Part shown: one piece after another, positions 13,296 through 25,723 of the stretch
Position numbering within the stretch: the first letter of the stretch is position 1
Layout: each line of letters opens with the position of its first letter
Assembly (NCBI RefSeq): GCF_006345805.1
Contig: NC_043004.1
Span: 66,030,001 to 66,094,000, forward strand
DNA from: Octopus sinensis
Lineage: Eukaryota
DNA length: 64,000 bases
Direction: 5' to 3'
Position numbers and translations under genes: made by a program
Notes under the pieces: model-generated
What the model saw: the letters and a program-made list of their open reading frames with translations, nothing else
Told to the model about the DNA's origin: nothing
Database searches by the model: none

Positions 13296-14157
13296 AAGTT
13301 TTTGTTAGTTCATACTGAAATGCTATAATTTGATCAATACATTGACTGAAAATATAGGGTACGAGTCGATCAATGGTTTAATTGATAAGACTAAACCGTG
13401 AACGCACCGAAATCTATATCTGAAACAGGTGTTAGCCTATAAGAAATAAATTGGTATAAAACATAATTCCTGTCTATTTAGCACGTATTTATATATAGAG
13501 AGATAAATGAAGATAGATGTCGCCAGTCTTTGGAGCTATCCAGTGTTTCACCTTCATAAACTGCTTAGCTTTACGACGATTCTTCAGATCCTATAACATT
13601 GGCATTTTAGGGCCTGAAGAAACGCTGTAAAACTAAGTGCTTTGGGGAGGTGCAACCCCGGATAATCGAATAGACCTGCCATATCTATCTATATACTCCA
13701 CTGCTTTATATCCTAGTGTGTCATTCTTTTTGTATTTATGATTTACTGACCATACACACATATAGACATACAAACACACACACACACACACATATATATA
13801 TACAGGTATATATATGTCACTATTTGTGTGTATGTGCGTGCATAAGTGTGTGTGTGTATGTATATGTGTTGGTGTGCGCGCGTGCCTGTATGTGTCTGTC
13901 TGTGCATGCATGTATGTTTCTGTGTTAGTACGTGCGAGCAGGCACGTCCAGGTAAATAGGCGAGTGTAAAACTGCAAATCAAAAGAAATCATATCAGTAT
14001 TACTAAACCGAGTACTTTCATATATACATAGACACACTCATCGTTTGTAAAACATTTACATTTACTCACACGCTAATCACCCACACATGTATGTGTGTGT
14101 GTGTGTGTGTGTATGCATGCATGTATGCAGATATATATATGTGTGTGTGTGTTTAGG

Positions 14158-14311
14158 AATGGCTCTGTGATAAGTAGATTGCTTACCAACCACATGGTTC
14201 TGGGTTCAGTCCCACTGCGTGGCACATTCTACTATAGCCTCGGGCGGACCAAAGCCTTCTGAGTGGATTTGGTAGACGGAAACTGAAAGAAGTCCGTCGT
14301 ATATATATATG

Positions 14312-14398
<87 letters not shown>

Positions 14399-14610
14399 AT
14401 ATGTACGTGTGTGTATATTTTGTGTGTCTGTGTTGTCCGCCCGACATCGCTTGACAACCGACGCTGGTGTGTTTACGTCCCCGTAACTTACTGGTTCGGC
14501 AAAAGAGACCGATAGAATGAATACTAGGCTTACAAATGATAAGTCCTGGGGTTGATTTCCTCGACTAAAGGCGGTGTACCAGCATGGACAGAGTCACATG
14601 ACTGAAACAA
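14158..14610 (+). mobile_element. tRNA-derived SINE (family A) with internal (TA)n
   Basis: GGTTCAGTCCCACTGCGTGGCAC...GGATTTGGTAGACGGAAACTGAAAGAAG(TA)n...CGCTTGACAACCG...GACTAAAGGCGGTG..CCAGCATGG. Confidence 0.85.
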
Positions 14611-15230
14611 CAGTACAGCTATCATCAACATTGCCATCAGCAAAGTGACGGTCGACTTCTGGCTGCAACCTCATTTATTTATCAATTTGTACGTACATGA
14701 TAATTCGCTACAATTGACATCCATCAAATGCTCAAAAAAAATAATAAAATAAAGAATAACGAAATTTAACAGAATGTACAACTGCCACACTCTGCGTAAA
14801 TGTGATATTTCGTTCGGTAAGAAACACAACAAAAAGAGTGCAGCAACAACAACAGCAGCAGCAGCAACAACCACAGCAACAATGTTACAGCAATGTTACA
14901 ACCGAAGAAGTGCAACAAATATAACAGTGTCAATAAACGGCAGTCGCTAAGTGAATGTAGCATACTAAATCTATGAGTTCAGCACTGTCAAAGAAGAGCC
15001 GTACGGATATTGATTTGATTTGATATGAATACCTGTGAATAGGTATAATGTGTGGGTGTGAATATGCGAGCATGTTTCTGTGTGCGCGCGTGTATGCGTG
15101 TATGTGTGTGTGCTTGTCTGAATGTGCTATGGCTGAGTGAATGCGTGTGCATGTATATGCGGGCTCCAAGTTGTATTACAATGTGTGTGTGTGTATATAT
15201 GTATATATGTATATATGTATATATGTATAT

Positions 15231-15272
<42 letters not shown>

Positions 15273-15431
15273 TATATATTGTGTGTGTTTACTATCTTTT
15301 ATGTATGCATCCATATTTATGTATGTACATATATATATATATATATATATAATAATAAAATAAACCTTTACATATATAAACAACGTGAAATACATGAAGG
15401 GACGAACATAAGAGACAGATTTCGATATATA

Positions 15432-15474
<43 letters not shown>

Positions 15475-15505
15475 TATATATATTATATATATATATATAT
15501 AAATA

Positions 15506-15634
15506 GGCGCAGAAGTGTCTGTGTACCAAGTAGCTTGCTTATCAGCCAATCGTTCCGGGTTCAGTCCCACTGCAGGCCGACCAATAGCCTTGTGAGTGGA
15601 TTTGGTAGACGCAAACTGAAAGAAGCCTGTCGTA

Positions 15635-15685
<51 letters not shown>

Positions 15686-15805
15686 TCTTTACTCTTTTAC
15701 TTGTTTCAGTCATTTGACTGCGGCCATGCTGTAGCACCGCCTTTAGTCGAGCAAATCGACCCCAGGACTTATTCTTTGTAAGCCCAGTACTTATTCTATT
15801 GGTCT
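15506..15805. mobile_element. Family A SINE with 5' half on + and 3' tail on -, joined at (TA)n
   Basis: 15506-15632 is the head in + orientation; 15684-15805 (CTCTTTTACTCTTTTACTTGTTTCAGTCATTTGACTGCGG...) is the reverse complement of the tail. Confidence 0.8.
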
Positions 15806-16779
15806 ATCATATATTTATATGCGTGTGAGCGATCGTGCATGTGTGTGTATGTATGTGTATGCGTGTGTATTTGTATAAATATATTTTATATAAATATGCA
15901 TATTCATACGTACATATATATATACATCCATATATGTGTTTGTGTATATATAGATATGTGTAAGCATACGCATACGTAGACATATACAGAGACACACACT
16001 GATTCACACGCACTGATTCATGCGAACTCAAACGCGTAAAAGTATGTTCCTTGGCATATACGCGTGTTCTCTGGTGTTTTGAGCGTATGAATATGTATCT
16101 GTCTCCGTCTTACAATTCCCGTAATTTCTCTGACGGACAAATCATTCAGTCGCTCACTTTTCAACATGGAAAAGCTGTCACTTTCCATTGTTTCAACAAC
16201 GTAACAATCAATGAAATCTATATAGCATAGCCCTTTATACATAGATACAAACATATATATATGTCTCTTGTTTGTAACACTTGTTTCTCTGCTACACGCC
16301 TGACGTAATAACACATTTTACAGGTTTTCACTTTTGCGGATTGATCCGTCTGTACACTTGTGATATGGCGAGGAAAACTTCGCTGAATTGGGTTTCTGGC
16401 CTGGCTATGTTTCCTGGTTAGAATCGCTTCGCTGACGGCGCTAAATTTCTGAAATTAATAACATGAATACACCGAATACATATTTCAATAGACTCATGAT
16501 TGATTATACCGAATTACTGCATAAATCGATAATATATTGACTCAGTGTATGGAACATGTGTGCGATTGTCTGCGATATGTGACGATATACTGGATTCGTA
16601 TGCCAAGTGAAAAGTCTAATTGGCAAAATGTGTCTTGCTCACTTACTGCAAACATTGTCTCCTCATACTACTTATTCTAAGGTTATTAAAACATCCTCTG
16701 CTCGTCCAATCTTCAAAATAGTCATCGTTTTCGATGCATCCCGAAAAGACCTACCTTACCTCTTTTTAAAACTGATATT

Positions 16780-17112
16780 GTGAAGGCGCATGGCTAAGTT
16801 GTTAGAGCGTCGAGCTTACGATCTTGAGGTTGTGAGCTCGAATCCTGGACCGGGCTGCGTGTCGAATTCTTGAGCAAGACACTTTATTTCACGTTGCTCC
16901 AGTTAACTCAGCTGTAGAAATGAGTTGTGACGTCACGGGTGCCAAGCTGTATCGGCTGTTGCCTTTCCCTTGGATCACATTGCTGACGTGGAGAGGGGAG
17001 GCTGGTATGCATGGGTGACTGCTGGTCTTCCATAAACAACCTTGCACAGACTTGTTACTAGGAGAGAAACTTTCTAGGTGCAATCCCATGGTCAGTATCG
17101 TGACCGAAGGGG
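16780..17112 (+). mobile_element. tRNA-derived SINE (family B variant)
   Basis: GTGAAGGCGCATGGCT...GCTCGAATCCTGGACCGGGC...TTGAGCAAGACACTTTATTTCACGTTGCTCCAGT...AACCTTGC...AACTTTCTAGGTGCAATCCCATGGTCA. Confidence 0.85.
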
Positions 17113-17171
17113 CTCCCGATTGTTTATAACACACCAAAGCACGATTTGAAAAATTGCATAAAGATTATATT

Positions 17172-17490
17172 CTATCCTGCATGACTCAATGGCGAGAGCG
17201 CTGTGCTCACAATCATGAGGTAGTGAGTTCGATTCCTGGGCCGGCTTCTGTGTCGTCTGCTTTTACAAGACACTTTATTTCATGTTGCTCCATTTCATTC
17301 AGTTATAGAAATGAGTTGCGCAGTCACTTGTGCCAAGCTATATCGGTAATTCCCTCGCGTAACATGGAGAGTGGAGGTCGATAAGCAAAGACGACTGCTA
17401 GTCCTCCATAATCAACCTTGCCCAGTCTTGTGCCTCGGAGGGGAACTTTCTTGGTGCATCCTGTGGTCATTCATGTCCCTTGGGTGTCTT
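17172..17490 (+). mobile_element. Second, more diverged family B variant SINE in tandem
   Basis: Collinear similarity to 16780-17112 (GTTCGATTCCTGG.CCGGC, AAGACACTTTATTTCA.GTTGCTCC, GCCAAGCT.TATCGG, AACTTTCT.GGTGCA). Confidence 0.8.
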
Positions 17491-17899
17491 TATCCTTTAA
17501 AGAACTTAGATGAAATATTTTCAAATCGAACCATACTATAGTCTTTTAGTACCTAGCAGTATAATTTATAATGTAACAAATTTCTGATCAGATAAAATAA
17601 CCAACTAGTTAAGGAACTGCATCGATGCAGATTCGATGGAAGGAATTTTCACGAAATTCTAATATTTCTGCCATCTCACTACCATAAAATAATTGCTTTT
17701 AATACAGTTTCAAGGTCGACTAGCTTGAGGGAAGTTATAATCCATTTTATTGACCGCAGTAATTGAGAAGTTCTTTATTTACGCGATAACCGAAGGACAG
17801 CGATGATATTTGATATCAAAGCGTTTATATGTATATATTATATAAATAGGTTATATTCTGTTTCGAACGTAGTCGAATACAGTATAAGGCTCGTCCTAT

Positions 17900-18200
17900 C
17901 TTCAGATTTCACCCGGTGTTATCCACCATTAATATTATACATACTGCCATTTTTCTTTGCGTTGGAGCTTCTGTAGTCTGTGACCTGATAATTGAAGGTC
18001 AGCCAAGAGCAATGGCAAGTGTAAGCGACCACGAAGAATGAATTAGCAGTACAAAATAATAGAATGGCACTCTCATTAATATGAACCTCAGTACTTACCA
18101 TCCGTAGCATAGCCACCCCACCACTCCATCGATAATTTCTCCAGCAAATTCCTCAACAAGCATTGAAACATGAGACGCTTTTTGATACACTGGGTGGTTA
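17900..18200 (-). mobile_element. Possible pogo/Tigger transposase remnant
   Basis: ORF 17919-18116 has SAILLFCTANS and DYRSSNAKKNGSM, weakly like TxLLCxNAxG and YxxNxKAWM. Confidence 0.25.
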
Positions 18201-18811
18201 CTACTTCCTCGCAAGTCACGACAGACAGAAAGCATACGCCCCGAGCCGACAATCTTAGTTTACAGAACGCGGAAACAATATTTCTATATCACCTTACGAA
18301 ACACAAGATCTCATAATGTAGGGAAACCGTTACATAAACAAATACCTGCGAACTTGGAGAAATGCAGTTGCGCGGAAACAATTGTAGTGTTTACAAAAAA
18401 AGATGTTCCTCTATACTTCTTCTTGACTCCAACTTATTCAATTATGTTATCCGAATATATTCCAACAGGATTGCCCAAATTAAAATGGCGTCAACTATTT
18501 CCATGCAAGTGCAATGCTTGTTGCCCATTCTATCCATCCTCTAGTTAAATCATGTTCACGTTACATCGGAATACGACGAAAAAAATACTTCACTTCAATT
18601 GACCCGGATGTCATAAACAGCATGCCAAATCACGATTACAGAAAACGATTTCATTACATTTCCTATGTAAAAAGATTTCATAACATTCCCTACAGAAACA
18701 CCCCCAAAACATTCCGGATAAACCGCCTACACAGGATAGACATCTACAAACAAAAGCTGTTTAATTGAATGTGCATGTGTACCTGTTTGTTTGTCTCTTT
18801 CCCTGTATGTA

Positions 18812-18845
<34 letters not shown>

Positions 18846-18862
<17 letters not shown>

Positions 18863-18874
18863 TATATATTATAT

Positions 18875-18943
<69 letters not shown>

Positions 18944-18958
18944 ATATATATATATATA

Positions 18959-19006
<48 letters not shown>

Positions 19007-19017
19007 TATCTATATCT

Positions 19018-19048
<31 letters not shown>

Positions 19049-19086
19049 CTATATATATATAATATATATATAAATATATCTATATC

Positions 19087-19141
<55 letters not shown>
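18846..19141. repeat. Long (TA)n microsatellite
   Basis: About 300 bp of nearly pure TA. Confidence 0.95.
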
Positions 19142-19145
<4 letters not shown>

Positions 19146-19336
19146 TGAATGAATTATCCTATGTTTATCGTCAGCATGGAAAATTCGTTGAACCGAAACC
19201 TGGTAGCAAATTCACGTCCGAAACACGGTTGAAGCGACCTGTCCAAGGGTAGAAACTCCGGGTTCATGTGCAGAAATTTGAGTGTTGCATATAAATAAAT
19301 GAAAGAATGGAGTCGAACGAAGATGTTAACAAAATT

Positions 19337-19430
19337 CCTTTACTCTCGCCATATGTTTCGAAGACAACAGGGTTTCATTCCAAAGGAATAAAGGGTGCAT
19401 TATGCAATCTTCTCGTCAGGAAAAAAAAGG
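19337..19430 (-). ncRNA. Type I hammerhead ribozyme motif, U16.1 replaced by G (probably inactive)
   Basis: CTGACGA at 19419-19413, helix II GAAGAT/GTCTTC, GAAAC-ATAT-GGC, then GAGAGTAAAGG able to pair with the U-rich strand before the core. Confidence 0.6.
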
Positions 19431-20156
19431 AGCCTCTCTCGAAAACAAGACAAACAAAACTTTCGATGACTGCCAACATGGTAAACAAAACGATAATGAG
19501 TGTTTTTAAAAACACCGTTAGAAGAATTGACGTCAAAGATAGATAGTAGAAAGAGAAGGGTTAAAGGAATAATAGGTAAGCTAATTGCTCAAACCACAGT
19601 GACTATCATTATCATTTATATGAGTAGAAAGTATGTTTCTGCCAGTGTTTACACTTGTATGATTTTTCTATGAGTGTGTTTACAAGGGGAACCTTAGAGA
19701 AGAGAATATGGAAGAGTTCAGAGTTGCAAATGTTACAACATCTCCTGCCCTTATCAAAAGGAAAGGACACAGACAGTATGAACCAAACTAACTTGAAATT
19801 TATATTGTTGTCTTTAAGAAGCCAAACTAATTTACTTTGCCCTGTACTATGTCGTTTTTTACTACTTTCTACTCATATAAATGATAACGATAGTCACTGT
19901 GGTTTGAACAATTAGCTTAACGTGCACTGCACTTCAATAGCGAAATTCTTTCCTAAGCCTTCGAACATTCTTTCAATCAACGTACCCTTCCCTCTCCACT
20001 TGTTCCCTACCTATTATTCCCTTAATCAGTCTCTTCCTACTATCTATCTTTGACGTCAATTCTTCTAACGGTGTTTTTTAAAAACACTCATTATCGTTTT
20101 GTTTACCATGTAGGCAGTATTCGAAATTTTTGTTTGTCTTGTTGTCGAGAGAGGCT

Positions 20157-20251
20157 CCCTTTCTTTCCTGATGAGAAGATTGCATAATGCACCCTTTATT
20201 CCTTTGGAATGAAACCATGTTGTCTTCGAAACATATGACGAGAGTAAAGGA
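20157..20251 (+). ncRNA. Type I hammerhead ribozyme motif, U16.1 replaced by A (probably inactive)
   Basis: CTGATGA 20168-20174; helix II GAAGAT...GTCTTC; GAAA 20228-20231; C-ATAT-G-A-C; helix I GAGAG(T)AAAGG pairs with CCTTTCTTTC (10 bp, one bulge). Confidence 0.65.
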
Positions 20252-21754
20252 ATTTTGTTAACATCTTCGTTCGACTCCATTCTTTCATTTATTCATATAT
20301 ATATATATATATGAATCCGTCAGCTGTTTCTCTTCTTTGCCAGGCAGATTTAAATTTTAGTTTTGGAAATATGTCCTTTTTCCAGGGCTCTCATATCCAA
20401 ATATAACGAAATACTATTAAAATGTGGCTTATTAAAAGGAAAAAAATGTTCATAGGTTCCCTAGACTCCCATTAATGTTTAGAAAATGTTATCAATATCA
20501 AGATATTTCCAGTTACCTAGAATAACTACAGTTTAAATATAAGAAGAGATACACTCACAATGAAATCCCTATAAATCTCGTCTATCTGCTTAAAAACATT
20601 TCTTCTGTGTCGCAATACACGTTATATTGTGCGTTAATATCGCTTGATTAGTCAATCCGACTCTAATTAAGTATTGGAGTTAACCTGCAATAATTAAACT
20701 AAACTGCACAGGGATTAAATAAGTTAAACTACTACAAATAATTCACGTTTGAGCTTTACATAAGTCGCTACTTTCACTTTTTGGGCAAAGAATTTTGGAC
20801 GTCTATTTTTATATGTGGTAGGACTTTAGCGCGACCTTTTCAATTTCAAGACAATTTTCTGCACTTGCCTATGCAGAAATAGTTGAACTATTTGCATACA
20901 AATGTGCAAAAATTTCGAATCCAGTTGTTTATATTTGAGGTTAAGCAATTTATTACACACACAAGCATACACAGACACACACATGTATGATCTTATATAT
21001 GTATGTGTGTGGAAGTGAAATATTTTTCTGCATTCTCGTAAATTATCGTAGGTATATATTAATAAATAAGAAACCATTAAATTACAGATTTAATATGTTC
21101 ACTTACCTTCTTCTAGTATCAAGAAATAATTGTCTTTTGTTGCTGCCATTTAGTAGAATACATCATGTTTATGGCATCAGGGAAATGCCGGAATTCATTC
21201 TATACCCGGACTGCAACAAATTCTTTAATGATTTCGAATAGATATTTTAATTTTTTTCCACTCAATGAAATGCGGAGGTAATCCCTTACTGTTATCCAGG
21301 AATAAGATTCTTCAAATATTTCATCGGATAAAATAGGGCGAATAATGAAGTTTAAAATGGCTATACGGTAATCATAAAGCACTAATCGAAAATCGGTAAG
21401 ACAATGATTAGCTCCTAATGCTATTTTTAGGGTATTTTCTTTTTCAAAAATATTAGTGATATAAACATTGTTTATTGAGATATAATATAATACATTTGTA
21501 ATTCTTATACGTTATGATTTTCAGAATTCGGTATTTTAATTATGGAATAATTTGTTAAGTTTCTCCAAATATTTACATATGTGAATTACAGGGAAATATT
21601 TAAATAAAGACAGATAATGAAAAGAGATGGGGAGAGGGAAAATGTAGATAAAGGACAAACGTAGCAACACAGTTGCTGGTATATGTTTCAACTTCTGGTA
21701 CGAGACCAGCAGGTTTGGGGAGCGGTTTAATTTGAGTAGAACAACCGCAGTAAT

Positions 21755-22473
21755 CAACTGGTATTTATTTTATCGACCCCAAATTGATAAAAGGCAAAGT
21801 CAACCTCAGCGGTACTTGAACTCAGAAGGGAAAGAAGGATGAAATGCTGCTAAGCAATTCTCCCAATATGCTAACAATTCTGCCAACTCACCGTCTCACA
21901 GAGTTTTACTAATATTCCTTTCTACTCTAGTTACAAGGCCCGAATTTTTTTGGGGTGGTGAGGGGGCTGGGGCTCTCGATTAGATCAACCCAGTACGCAA
22001 CTGATACTTAATTTATCGATCCCGAAAGGATAAGAGGTAATGATGACCTCGGCGGAATTTGAAGTCTGAACGTAACGGCAGACGAAATACCGATAAGCAT
22101 TTCACCCGGTGTGTTAACGATTCATTTTTTTTATTGCCCACACGGGGACAAACATAGAGGGGGACAAACAAGGACAGACAAAGGGATTAAGTCGACCTCG
22201 GCGGAATTTGAACTCAGATTGTAACAGCAGACGAAATACCTATTTCTTTACTACCGACAAGGGGCTAAACACAGAGAGGACAAAGAAGGACAGACAAACG
22301 GTTTAAGTCGATTATATCGACCCCAGTGCGTAACTGGTACTTAATTTATCGACCCCGAAAGGATGAAAGGCAAAGTCGACCTCGGCGGAATTTGAACTCA
22401 GAACGTAACGGCAGACGAAATACGGCTACGCATTTCACCCGGCGTGCTAACGTTTCTCCCAGCTCGCCGCCTT
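21755..22473 (-). mobile_element. Cluster of family C (Deu/Nin-like) SINEs, including dimeric arrangement
   Basis: Repeated reverse-complement modules ACCTCGGCGGAATTTGAACTCAGA and TTTATCGACCCCGAAAGGATGAAAGGCAAAGTCGACC; head ends at CCAGCTCGCCGCC (about 22471). Confidence 0.85.
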
Positions 22474-23410
22474 AGAGAATTACTATCAACATCAGTACTG
22501 GTGATGGAGGAGGACATCAAGGAAAGTTGTTTTTAAGCAAACAGGAAAACAGTCGCTTCTAGAATCATGTACAGAAAAAGGAACTTTTATCTAAGAAAAA
22601 TTGCCGTAAGAAGAACGTTAAATGAGTAATCACGTCGAATGATGCAACAAACGTTAAACAGAGGGTCAAACGAGGTATAAAAAAAAACTCGTAATCTGGT
22701 TTATTACGAAAGTTACATGTAGGGTGCGTTTACCAAAATATAAGCGATCGATGCAACTTTATTCTTCAAAGTGAGAATATTAAATTGTTTGTTCGGATCA
22801 TTCATTCTGGAGTTTTCTTGATGAGCTACCGCACAAACTCACTCCTACGCGCACACACGTACTTCACTCAAACGCACACGCACAAACACGCACACACACA
22901 CAAACACGCATACACACAAACACACACACACACATATATATATGTGTGTGTGTGTGTGTGTTTGTGTATGTGTGTGTATGTGTGTGGAGACAAGAAATTT
23001 CATATACAAATGTATCCAATTCTAAATTGAAACATAGATATACACATATATGTATATAAGAAGAGAAAATAAAGAAAGCTGAAACATATTCCTGATTCAT
23101 CCAGGCATTGCGTGCATTGCGCATGCGTATACATGTATGAAAGTAAATGAAGCGGTTTGCATGGGTGTATGTGTATTTATATATGCAAGCACATATGTCT
23201 ATATATTATATATATATATATATGTGCATGTATATATATTTGTGCATATACATGCATACTCATACACGCACGTACACACACATATATTTACATATACATA
23301 CATATATATATATGTATGTGTATGTGTATATATATACATATATATATATATGTGCATGTATTATGTATGTGTATATATATATACATGAATTATATATGTA
23401 TATAATATAC

Positions 23411-23469
<59 letters not shown>

Positions 23470-23471
23470 TG

Positions 23472-23525
<54 letters not shown>

Positions 23526-23949
23526 ATATATGTGTGTATGTAACTGTTGTGGTTAGTTCGTGTTTGCATGACTTCTTTTGAAAAGCCATCAATTGAGTAT
23601 AGCCCGAAAAGAACTAATTTCCAACAAGATATTTAACAATTAGTCTTTTGTCACAGAACTTCTGTTGCACCTGAACCTACGTGCATTTCATTCAAAGACA
23701 GCGTTAAGATGGTGCCAGGAGACATGGCAAACAAACGCAAGTGGAATATGCCGCTCAAAACCAAATGTTGAAGTGTTTGATTTTCTGCACATTCAAGTAG
23801 TTTTCATTTTATCATACTTTTCTATAACTCTTCTTCTTTTCTCTAATTATGACCCATTCACCTACCTTTGTAAAGCCATTTCTTTCCCAAACACCCAAAC
23901 AATCATTCATTCTTTCTCTCTCATTCAATGCCATCTGATTTTTACTGCA

Positions 23950-24087
23950 CCGTTTTGTCTCTCATTAGCTCTGTCTGTCCTATCTGTCTCTTGTTCTCTC
24001 GCCCTCTTTCATTCTCTCTGTGCATATCATTCTTGTTATCTGAATAGTTCTTTCTATCAACCCGTCTCCATCTCTGATTTTATTGCA

Positions 24088-24129
<42 letters not shown>

Positions 24130-24480
24130 TCTTTCTGTCGTTGCTCCCTCACTCATTCTATCTTTCTCTTCTCTTTCTCTTTTTATTCCCTCTCTATTTC
24201 TTTCTACTGAGCGATCTCATTCTCTCATTTTTCATCTCTTTCTCCCTCTCTCTTGCTCTTTTATCTATATCTCTCTAGCCCTTCTCTCTCTCTCTCTCTC
24301 GCCCCTTTCTCTCTCTCTCCCTCGCACTTTTCTCTCTCTCGCACTTTTCTTTCTCTCTCGCACATTTCTCTCTCTCTATCTCTCTTTACGCATCCTAGTC
24401 TCTGTCACAACCTCACTCTAACTCCGCTCTGTCTCGGATTATTTTTCTCTGTCTTGTTCTTTCAATTGAGCTGTTCCCCG
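23950..24480. repeat. Degenerate (CT)n polypyrimidine tract
   Basis: Direct observation; source of ORFs 23665-24489. Confidence 0.9.
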
Positions 24481-25032
24481 CCTAGATAGTTTTCTGTGTT
24501 TCATTCTATATCAGTGTCGTACGGACATTAATTCATCGAGTTTTTCAACGATCCATCTATTTCATAAGAGCTTCAGTCACACACACACAAAACACACACA
24601 CACACACCACACGCACGCACACACACACGCACACACACATACACACACACATACACATACACACACATGTTCATCCCAAGATGCACCCAAGCAAATACGA
24701 GCGAACATATAATAAACACAAGATACAAAAATGAACACGCAGAAATGTTATTACAAAGACACAAGGGTATTAAATATATATATAATGTACATATATATGA
24801 ACAAAGTTAGCGGTTATAGCAAACAGCCAAGGGATTACATATCCGTATATTCTATCAGTATCCTTTACCTGTAGTATCCCCGGGCGATGGGGTGCAGGCG
24901 ATCCATACACATAGAGTGCAGATAACAAGAGGATAAACAATGCAAATAATTAGAAAACCACAGATTAACCCAGACATCGATCGAACTACATTTATAGCTC
25001 ATTTATTAATGCAAAGCATGACATAACAAATC

Positions 25033-25285
25033 TTACAGCCGTTTCTAATCAGATTGCCAGAATATAGTCTATACGTAAATACGAGAATAAAACACAACAT
25101 ATTGGGCTTTTAGACTATTTGTCTAAGCCATGTTTTCTTTCCTTTTCTTTATATTGTATGCTCTTGTTTTTCACTCTGATGAAGATCAGTTGCCTTAATT
25201 CGAATGAACTATGAAGACGGAGAATTTTATATATCGCATTTATGTAAAGACCGCATTATGGCAATCTGATTAGAAACGGCTGTAA
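25033..25285. repeat. 27-bp perfect inverted repeat enclosing ~200 bp; probable Penelope terminus inversion
   Basis: TTACAGCCGTTTCTAATCAGATTGCCA (25033-25059) versus TGGCAATCTGATTAGAAACGGCTGTAA (25259-25285); arms contain GAAAC-GGCT-GTA; spacer has a CTGATGA. Confidence 0.7.
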
Positions 25286-25376
25286 AATCCATTATATCAT
25301 GCTTTGTATTAATAAATAAGATATAAATGTGGTCCAATTGATGTGTGAGTTTATCTACGGTTTTCTCCATTTTCTA

Positions 25377-25420
<44 letters not shown>

Positions 25421-25518
25421 TGAATCGAACGGCTTTTGTGTGTTTCTTAAATGGCATACAAACACCTTCCACGCTGCAATTGTTATATTATATATATATA
25501 TATATATATACATATATA

Positions 25519-25676
25519 CTTTATTTTAAGCAGCAGAAAATTCAACAAAATCTGTTACTCTGAGTTTCTCGTTGCCGTTCATCAGACAGTTTTTGCTAGA
25601 AAAGCATATTACTCTACCACTGGTATTTGAGTACTCTTTTTTCCACCTTGTTTCACATTTATGTGTTTACTCCGGT
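25519..25676. mobile_element. 158-bp mini-insertion of the 48-51 kb Penelope family: inverted hammerhead segment plus direct tail, in (TA)n
   Basis: 25519-25600 matches 48427-48508; 25601-25676 is the reverse complement of about 48355-48430. Confidence 0.9.
25547..25594 (-). ncRNA. Type I hammerhead ribozyme with intact core
   Basis: Minus strand AAAAACTGT-CTGATGA-ACGGCAACGA-GAAAC-TCAGA-GTA-ACAGATTTT, identical to 51431-51478. Confidence 0.7.
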
Positions 25677-25682
25677 ATATAC

Positions 25683-25723
<41 letters not shown>

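Larger units (their letters stand above)
19293..20296. mobile_element. Penelope-type inverted pLTR pair (arms about 19293-19632 and 19858-20296)
   Basis: ORF 19307-19546 (+) and ORF 20065-20280 (-) are near-identical translations; the left arm lacks ~90 bp present in the right arm; each arm carries a hammerhead motif. Confidence 0.8.

Noticed and set aside
16660-16770. VIKTSSARPIFKIVIVFDAS resembling the BEL/Pao RT motif RVVFDAS
   Set aside because: Single short motif with no supporting flanking motifs.
18400-18768. YIG-containing ORF suggesting a GIY-YIG remnant
   Set aside because: Only CSRYIG matches; RT motifs are not recognisable upstream, so left unannotated.
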